DNA from: a bacterium
GTDB taxonomy: Bacteria > Patescibacteriota > CPR2 > UBA1875 > JAJYID01
Length of the DNA stretch: 64,000 nt
Direction of reading: 5' to 3'
Assembly (NCBI GenBank): GCA_030647205.1
Contig: JAUSJO010000005.1
Coordinates: forward strand, 74,523 to 138,522
The translations under genes were made by a program, and so were the position numbers. Every line of letters starts with the position of its first letter. Position 1 is the first letter of the stretch. Positions 55,603 through 64,000 of the stretch are shown piece by piece. The notes beneath the pieces are model-generated. The model was not told where the DNA came from. It saw only the letters and a list, made by a program, of their open reading frames with translations, and did not search any database.

Positions 55603-56110
55603 GGTAAATCTCTGTCATCCTGAGGTACGAAGGATCTCTTTTCTTCTGTCATTCCGACCGATACCACGCTAGTGGAAAGCGGAGGGATCCCTTTTCCCGT
55701 ATGTCATTCCCGCCCGCCAAAGGTCGGATAAACTCCGGCGGGAATCCAGTCTTTTTAAAATATTATCCACTTTTTTAGAAAAAGTGGAGTAAAAATCGCG
55801 ACTTATGGCGGCGACAAAGTGTCGGATTTCAGTTCACTCAGGTTTGAAAAAATGAACTCGCTAGAGAGCTCAGACAACATTCTTTTCAAAGTCTTCATTC
55901 ACTTTATCCTCGCTTTGTCTTCGATAGTCGCAAGAGATCCTTTGCTTTCAAGCTTTCTTTATTAAAACCATGCCAGGAGGGGGAAAGACCTATTTCTTCG
56001 TGATGTCGGGAATACAAAATCCTCGCTTTTCGAGCCGATAGCCGCAAGAGAGCTCCCTTTGAAAAAATCATGCCGGGGAGAGAAAGACCTATTCTTCTTG
56101 GTTGCGGGAG
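55603..56110. repeat. Largest composite intergenic repeat element (hairpin units 55605-55760, type A body, duplicated tail modules)
   Basis: 55765-55975 is about 90% identical to 4150-4385. Tail modules recur at 48990-49100 and 60-115. Confidence 0.85.
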
Positions 56111-56200
56111 GAAATTTTATTTTATTAAAACTTGTTGTTTTATTTTTTTCCTTTGGTATTATATAAGTATTATAAAGTATTTTTTGATCTAGGAGGGTAA

Positions 56201-57205
56201 ATGGGTATTTTAATCGGAATTATAATAGGAACGCTAGTTATTGCTGGTGCTGGTGGCGGTGTTTACGTTCTTGTATTTAGAGCGAAGCACAAGAAAGAGC
56301 TTCTCGCAAATTCACAGATGGGGAATAATCTTCCAACCTTAGGGGCGGAACCTGCTCAGCAAAATCAAACACAAGGACTACCTAACTTAGGTGGAGTCCC
56401 AAATCAAGGCCAAGGGAGTCCCATGGCTAGTCCAGTCATGAATGATATTACTGGTGGAGGATTGCCGCAAGTCCCTCAGGCGCCGGCTGCACCGATGCAG
56501 GAGGAACCTTCTTTTATGAGTCCCCAAGAACCGCCGACAATAAATCGCAGTTTTCCGGATACGCCTCAGGTGCCAGAAGCCCCGGTTGCTGACAGTCTAG
56601 GTATGATACCTGAAGCACCTGCTGCACCAGCCAATACATTTGATTTAAGTCAAATGGATCAGAGTACAATCGGCTCAGGGAGTTTGCTTGATGATACAGA
56701 AACCGTAGGGCCTGTTGCCGGAATGGCAGAAGACTCGTTAAGCAATGCAACTGATGTTGATATAAGCGATTCTACAGTACCGGTTACAAGAGAGAATGAA
56801 TCTTTGGAACAAGTAGAGTCTGAACTTGGTGATGTCTCAGTATCTGCTCAGACAGAGGAAAGAGAAGAGCAAAATGCAGCTCCGGAAGTTCCTGTCATGT
56901 CTTCAGTACCGCAGCCTGATCCGGTTAGTGCCCCAGAACCTGTTGTACAGCCTGAACCACCGGTTACTCCAGAACCATCTATAAGTATCCCTGTACAGGA
57001 TTTTCCGAATATTGGTCAGTCGTCAGAACCTCAAAATACACCGAGCGAACAAATTCCTGACGTGCCAATCGCTTCTCAAGGAAATATGTCGCCAATGCCA
57101 GGGATTTCTACTGTATCAGACTTTCCGTCAATCCCGTCAGCACCACAGGCGGCAGGATCACCTGAAAACAATACTGATTCTGGTACACAGGAAATGCATA
57201 TTTAA
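56201..57205 (+). CDS. Membrane-anchored Pro/Ser/Gln-rich low-complexity protein
   Basis: RBS AGGAGG; N-terminal TM; P-rich repeats. Confidence 0.5.
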   Translation: MGILIGIIIGTLVIAGAGGGVYVLVFRAKHKKELLANSQMGNNLPTLGAEPAQQNQTQGLPNLGGVPNQGQGSPMASPVMNDITGGGLPQVPQAPAAPMQEEPSFMSPQEPPTINRSFPDTPQVPEAPVADSLGMIPEAPAAPANTFDLSQMDQSTIGSGSLLDDTETVGPVAGMAEDSLSNATDVDISDSTVPVTRENESLEQVESELGDVSVSAQTEEREEQNAAPEVPVMSSVPQPDPVSAPEPVVQPEPPVTPEPSISIPVQDFPNIGQSSEPQNTPSEQIPDVPIASQGNMSPMPGISTVSDFPSIPSAPQAAGSPENNTDSGTQEMHI

Positions 57206-57220
57206 CTAAACTATTTTCTC

Positions 57221-59248
<2,028 letters not shown>

Positions 59249-59303
59249 TTTGTAATTTAGCCCAGTAATGAGATAATATTCAGTAGTTAAATAAGGAGAA
59301 ACT

Positions 59304-59705
59304 ATGGTAAGTAAAAATTTAGAGAGGTATATCCATACTGAGGATGATGAAGCTGCAGGCGCAAAGAAAGGCTATGTAAAGGACAAAGAAATTGCAGAAG
59401 ATACAGCAGAGTTTCTGGAACAGATCAATGATTTAGCGTCGCCAGAGGAGTTAAATCGAAAGGCTGAAGGAAATATTGGAAGGATGATTGCTGAAAAAGA
59501 AGCCCTAAGAAATATAAAAAGTTCTATTGCAGGCAGTAACCTGGACTACTTCCATGAAAATCCTGATCGTGCTGGACTTGCAATGAAAGAGGATATTTCC
59601 GAAGGTAAAAAGGTTGGAGAGGAATACAAAGAATTTGTGAAAAGGAGTGATAGTGAGGAATTAGACAGATTGAGAAAAAAAATGCGAGAAGAAGGCCAGA
59701 ACTAA
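59304..59705 (+). CDS. Acidic hypothetical protein
   Basis: RBS AAGGAG. Confidence 0.45.
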   Translation: MVSKNLERYIHTEDDEAAGAKKGYVKDKEIAEDTAEFLEQINDLASPEELNRKAEGNIGRMIAEKEALRNIKSSIAGSNLDYFHENPDRAGLAMKEDISEGKKVGEEYKEFVKRSDSEELDRLRKKMREEGQN

Positions 59706-59708
59706 GTT

Positions 59709-60005
59709 ATGGCAGAAAAAATATCAAAAGAAGAGGTTGAATATTTGGCGAAGCTGGCGAGAGTCGGTTTGACGGATGCTGAGATTACAAAATACCGGAA
59801 AGATCTGGCGGATATTTTGGGCTATGTAGAAAAGCTGAATGAAGTAAATACTGACAATGTGGAGCCGATGGCACAAGGGATTAAAGCGAAGAACGTCACA
59901 CGAGAGGACCGAATCGAGATACTGGAAGGTACGCCGGCAGAGCTTCTCTCTGAAGCGCCATCAAAAGAAGATGGATTTATTAAAGTAAAGTCGATATTTG
60001 AATAG
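59709..60005 (+). CDS. gatC: Asp/Glu-tRNA(Asn/Gln) amidotransferase subunit C
   Basis: ISKEEVEYLAKLARVGLTDAE...; precedes gatA. Confidence 0.8.
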   Translation: MAEKISKEEVEYLAKLARVGLTDAEITKYRKDLADILGYVEKLNEVNTDNVEPMAQGIKAKNVTREDRIEILEGTPAELLSEAPSKEDGFIKVKSIFE

Positions 60006-60066
60006 CTGTCATCCTGAGGAGGCACGACGAAGGATCTCGAGATTCTTCCTGCGTCAGAATGACGGA
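60006..60066. repeat. Two hairpin repeat units between gatC and gatA
   Basis: gtcatcctgaggaggcacgacgaaggatctc and cgtcagaatgacggaata. Confidence 0.7.
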
Positions 60067-60084
60067 ATACAAACAAAATAAGAA

Positions 60085-61509
60085 ATGGAATTTATAAACA
60101 AAACAATTAAAGAGTTAAGTAAAAAAGACAAAAGGGAAGTTCTTTCTGATTGTTTTAGCAGAATCAAGGAAGTTGAGCCGAAACTTCATGCTTTTGTGAC
60201 TGTTTTAAGCGGTCTGGAAGAGGTAGATAGAAAAGACAATCCGAAAAGTATATTGAATGGGATTCCTGTGGGGATAAAAGATGTTCTTTGCACGAGGAAT
60301 TTACGGACAACTGCTAGTGCAAAAATGCTCGATGGATTTACCCCGCCATATAACGCAACTGTTGTTAAAAAGCTAAAAGATGCAGGAGCGATAATAGTCG
60401 GCAAAAACAACTGTGATGCTTGGGCGCATGGAGCTTCAACAGAGAACTCTGACTATGGGGTTACGCCAAATCCTTGGGATTTGGAGCGTGTTTCCGGCGG
60501 ATCTTCCGGAGGTTCGGCAGCAGCTGTGGCAGCGGGTGAAGTACCTTACTCTATAGGTACAGATACAGGCGGGTCTATCCGCCAGCCGGCAAGTTTCTGT
60601 GGCGTGGTAGGATTAAAACCGACTTATGGACGAGTTTCTCGTTATGGACTTATAGCCATGGCGTCATCACTGGATTGCCCGGGACCGATAACGCATACAG
60701 TAGAAGACGCGGCCATTGTTCTAAATGTCATTGCAGGGAAAGATGAAAAAGATGCTACGACATCTGATTCACAGGTTCTTGATTACACTAAAGATTTAAA
60801 TAAAGATATCAAAGGTTTAAAGATTGGCGTTCCAAAAGAGTATTTTGGCTTAGGGTTGTTTGATGAGGTTGGTGAAGTATTTAAAAAATCCTTGGAAACT
60901 TTTGAGAAAATGGGTGCAGAGGTCGTCAATATAACGTTACCTCATACGGAATATGGCGTGGCGACTTATTATATTATTCAAACGGCAGAAGTATCATCAA
61001 ACTTAGGAAGATATGATGGGGTGAAATATGGATTTTCGGCTAAAGATTCAAAGGATTTAATCGATTCATATTTCAAGACGCGTGACGAAGGTTTTGGTGA
61101 TGAAGCGAAGAGAAGAATCATGCTTGGAACATACGTACTTTCAAGCGGATATTATGATGCGTACTACTTGAAAGCAGCGAAAGTTCGCAGATTGATTCAT
61201 GATGACTTTGTGAAGGCATTTGAAAAAGTAGACATTATTCTTACTCCAACCGCGCCGACTCCGGCTTTTAAAATCGGCGAGAAGGCAGATCCGGTTTCTA
61301 TGTATATGGCAGATGTCTTTACGGCTCCGGTGAGCTTGGCGGGACTTCCGGCGATATCAGTTCCGGCCGGATTTTCTGCTGATAAGCTGCCTGTTGGAAT
61401 CCAGATAGTCGGTCCGCATTTTGAAGAAAACAAAATATTGAACGTAGCACACATGTTTGAAAAAGAAGCGGCAAATGCAGATTGGCGTAAAAATAAGGTG
61501 GCAGTGTAA
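60085..61509 (+). CDS. gatA: Glutamyl-tRNA(Gln) amidotransferase subunit A
   Basis: Amidase signature GGSSGGSAAAVAAG; Ser-cisSer-Lys triad context. Confidence 0.9.
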   Translation: MEFINKTIKELSKKDKREVLSDCFSRIKEVEPKLHAFVTVLSGLEEVDRKDNPKSILNGIPVGIKDVLCTRNLRTTASAKMLDGFTPPYNATVVKKLKDAGAIIVGKNNCDAWAHGASTENSDYGVTPNPWDLERVSGGSSGGSAAAVAAGEVPYSIGTDTGGSIRQPASFCGVVGLKPTYGRVSRYGLIAMASSLDCPGPITHTVEDAAIVLNVIAGKDEKDATTSDSQVLDYTKDLNKDIKGLKIGVPKEYFGLGLFDEVGEVFKKSLETFEKMGAEVVNITLPHTEYGVATYYIIQTAEVSSNLGRYDGVKYGFSAKDSKDLIDSYFKTRDEGFGDEAKRRIMLGTYVLSSGYYDAYYLKAAKVRRLIHDDFVKAFEKVDIILTPTAPTPAFKIGEKADPVSMYMADVFTAPVSLAGLPAISVPAGFSADKLPVGIQIVGPHFEENKILNVAHMFEKEAANADWRKNKVAV

Positions 61510-61943
61510 TGAAAATGTTGGATAGTAAATCCATGGTAAATGGACTCTTGAATTTTTTTCTGATTACCCTTTTAACTCCATTATCCGGACTTTTAATTTT
61601 GTTCTTTGGCATTATCCTGAAGCCATTTTTCCCGATGACAGATGCCATAAACTGGTATGCTGTCATGATCCCTTACAGCCTGAGCCTAACAGTAATCATT
61701 TTCATTATTAGATTTATCATCCAGAAAAGAGTAAAGGATAAACTGGTCGCGACTTGGACATTATTGCCCGTAGCTACTGTAGCATTGTGTTCATACTTAG
61801 CTTGGTTTGTTCTGTCGTCACGAGATGACATGTCGGCGGTATTGCCGGCATCTTCTGCTTTCTTGATGACTGTTTATATGGTTACGATTTTTGTCTTTAC
61901 CGGGAAGTTTTTTATTAAAACTAAAAATACGAAGAAGGCCTAA
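61509..61943 (+). CDS. Hypothetical 4-TM membrane protein
   Basis: ORF, hydrophobic. Confidence 0.4.
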   Translation: MKMLDSKSMVNGLLNFFLITLLTPLSGLLILFFGIILKPFFPMTDAINWYAVMIPYSLSLTVIIFIIRFIIQKRVKDKLVATWTLLPVATVALCSYLAWFVLSSRDDMSAVLPASSAFLMTVYMVTIFVFTGKFFIKTKNTKKA

Positions 61944-62693
61944 ATGGGAAAAAATCAAAAAATAAAGTTAGAGAGAAAGCTTGGACAGATTAAAAGGGAA
62001 AAGCAGAAGAAAGAAAGGCGAAAAAACTTTTTGAAAACTTTTTTCGTGGGATTTGCAGTGATTATGTTGGGATTAGTAGGGGCTTATGGGTACAAGGAGT
62101 TTGTACTAAAGAAAGGTGATCGAAATCAGGCGAATAAATCTAATGAAATAAAAAAGGAGAACAGCGTGAAAAAATATGACAAATATCCGGATATGGTGAT
62201 AGATGCAAACAAAAAGTATACTGCACTTCTCAAAACAAGTAAGGGTGACATTACGGTAGAGCTTGACGCAAAGAATTCTCCCAAAACCGTAAACAACTTT
62301 GTTTTTCTCTCTAAAAAAGGTTTCTATGACGGGTTAACGTTCCATAGAGTTATCAAAGATTTCATGATACAGAGCGGCGATCCGAATGGAAATGGCACAG
62401 GTGATCCGGGGTATAAGTTTGACGATGAACCAATTGTGAAAGACTATCTGCCTGGGACTTTGGCGATGGCGAACTCCGGGAAAAACACAAATGGGTCGCA
62501 ATTCTTCATAATGACCGCTGACTACTCAGGAGGCAAGCTGCCAAAAAACTATGTAATCTTTGGCAATGTGATTACGGGTATGGATACGGTAAAGAAGATT
62601 GCAGAGACACCGGTAGAGCAAAGTAGCGGAGGGGAATCGTCCAAACCAAAAGAGAAAGTCACCATAGAAACAATTACAATCGAGGAGAAATAA
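61944..62693 (+). CDS. Membrane-anchored cyclophilin-type peptidyl-prolyl cis-trans isomerase
   Basis: FHRVIKDFMIQSGDP...MANSGKNTNGSQFFI. Confidence 0.8.
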   Translation: MGKNQKIKLERKLGQIKREKQKKERRKNFLKTFFVGFAVIMLGLVGAYGYKEFVLKKGDRNQANKSNEIKKENSVKKYDKYPDMVIDANKKYTALLKTSKGDITVELDAKNSPKTVNNFVFLSKKGFYDGLTFHRVIKDFMIQSGDPNGNGTGDPGYKFDDEPIVKDYLPGTLAMANSGKNTNGSQFFIMTADYSGGKLPKNYVIFGNVITGMDTVKKIAETPVEQSSGGESSKPKEKVTIETITIEEK

Positions 62694-63148
62694 TGGATAC
62701 AACATTTCTGTACTTAACATTCTGGGCGGCTATTTTCGGAGTTGTTTTCGCAATCCTTATAAGAAAAGGATGGATACTCGGTGGTGTGAAAAAGAAAACC
62801 GGTGCAAGGGGATCTTTGGATTTAAACTTTGTTAGTAGCAAATGGCAGGAGATAGAGCAGCTTATAGGTCAGGGCAAGCCCAGCACATATAAAGTAGCGA
62901 TTATGGAAGCTGATAAACTAGTGGATTACGTTTTAAAGGCGAAGGTTGGCAGTGACGGGACTATGGCGGATCGTATGAAGAAGGCGCAGAAATTTTTCTC
63001 AAGTTATAGTGATTATCAAAATCTATGGAGTGCCCATAAAACCCGAAATATGATTGCTCATGAGGCAACCCATGATCTTCTTTTCCCTGAAGTTAAAAGA
63101 ACAATGACCTATTTTGAGAAATCTCTGAGAGATTTAAAAGCGTTATAA
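62693..63148 (+). CDS. Membrane-anchored HEPN-like (DUF4145-type) protein
   Basis: Rx4H motif (KTRNMIAHE) in a helical domain after an N-terminal TM. Confidence 0.4.
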   Translation: MDTTFLYLTFWAAIFGVVFAILIRKGWILGGVKKKTGARGSLDLNFVSSKWQEIEQLIGQGKPSTYKVAIMEADKLVDYVLKAKVGSDGTMADRMKKAQKFFSSYSDYQNLWSAHKTRNMIAHEATHDLLFPEVKRTMTYFEKSLRDLKAL

Positions 63149-63218
63149 CTTATTTATCTAAAAAATAATTGTCATTATTCATAATGTTTTTACGCCTTTA
63201 TTCCTATATCCTTTTGGT

Positions 63219-63689
63219 ATGGAAAAGTTGCCAAAAGATATCGCCGCAAAGTTAGATCACGCTCTTGAATTCGATGAGCACATTCTTGATTTTCGTAAAG
63301 AGCCCTGGAGCTTATATAAAAGAAATAGGTGGGTTGTTTTAACAAGTAAGAGAATTTATCTTATCAAAAAAGTCTTTTTTGGCATGAGTTTTGATATTAT
63401 CCAGATTTTGCTGGGTCAGGGTCACTTTGAACTGGTTGAGGGGATTGTCTTTGACACGATATTTATAAGAGTTTCCAGTGAGCCTGAACATATAATCCAG
63501 TTTTTCCCATCAGAAAGAAAAAAAACGGTGGATTTTTTTGAGAAAATTGAAAAAGCAAGAGAGGGTGACCCGGAAGCAACGGTGGTTACTCAGGCAGAGT
63601 TAGAGGCATTAGCTCAGATTTTTTATGAAAAATTGATTACAAAAAAAGAATATGAGAAAAAGAAGAAAGAGCTCCTCGATAAGTTATAA
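63219..63689 (+). CDS. bPH (PH-like) domain protein with a C-terminal SHOCT motif
   Basis: KEPWSLYKRNRWVVLTSKRIYL; C-terminal LEALAQIFYEKLITKKEYEKKKKELL. Confidence 0.45.
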   Translation: MEKLPKDIAAKLDHALEFDEHILDFRKEPWSLYKRNRWVVLTSKRIYLIKKVFFGMSFDIIQILLGQGHFELVEGIVFDTIFIRVSSEPEHIIQFFPSERKKTVDFFEKIEKAREGDPEATVVTQAELEALAQIFYEKLITKKEYEKKKKELLDKL

Positions 63690-63780
63690 CTTCTAAATAA
63701 TAATGCTTCATTTTGTCAAATATTCTAATGTTTTTGTACCATCCTGAGTCCATAATCTTATTAAGAAAAGGGGGTGGATT

Positions 63781-64000
63781 ATGAACATTAAATTACCAAA
63801 AGTAGTGCAGGCGCACTTGGACGATGTTTTAGAAGAGGGTGAAAAAGTGGTCGATATTGTCAAGGAGCCATGGAGCTACGCAAAGTGGCATCGTTGGACG
63901 GTGCTGACAGATAGAAGGATCGTAGTGCTTGTTAGGTGGCCTCTCGGGATATCTCATGATGTTTGGCCGATGTATTTAGGTGCGCTGAGTGTGGATATGA
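63781..64000 (+). CDS. Paralog of 63219-63689 (partial, runs off the window)
   Basis: KEPWSYAKWHRWTVLTDRRIVV parallels the previous gene. Confidence 0.4.
   Translation, partial: MNIKLPKVVQAHLDDVLEEGEKVVDIVKEPWSYAKWHRWTVLTDRRIVVLVRWPLGISHDVWPMYLGALSVDM

Overview
The window reads as a compact, low-GC bacterial chromosome segment. By inference it comes from a reduced-genome lineage (CPR/Patescibacteria-like), given many TTG/GTG starts, short housekeeping genes, numerous small membrane proteins and a hinge-less SMC. Most of it is housekeeping. Recognisable genes are obg, prmC, panD, rpiB, leuS, yceD-rpmF-nusB-rnc, smc, rpsP, a KH-domain gene, trmD, uvrB, uvrA, uvrC, nrdR, ligA, gatC, gatA, secG, lemA-htpX, a cyclophilin and yvcK. 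There is one tRNA-Ala on the + strand and a six-tRNA operon (Val, Phe, Gly, Cys, Leu-TAA, Leu-GAG) on the - strand. Six things stand out. (1) A complete Nudix hydrolase domain with a perfect Nudix box is inserted in-frame inside LeuRS, just after the editing domain. (2) A previously uncharacterised modular non-coding repeat family fills intergenic regions, with at least 6 long composite copies of about 250-500 bp and at least 11 sites of short GTCATYC...GGAATCC hairpin units; one hairpin unit sits in-frame inside smc. (3) A degraded duplicate of the uvrA 3' end about 610 bp downstream of the live uvrA 3' end; the intervening ~0.6 kb carries two small genes and opens a ~3.5 kb AT-rich stretch of orphan genes. 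(4) An about 90-nt conserved leader is shared by two unrelated genes. (5) Extended -10 promoters sit 6-8 nt upstream of the ATG of many genes, implying leaderless mRNAs. (6) A duplicated roughly 270-bp cassette carrying a tiny membrane-protein gene and the 3' remnant of an immunity-like gene, plus twin palindromes upstream of a PaaX-like regulator. No CRISPR array, rRNA or intact transposase was found.
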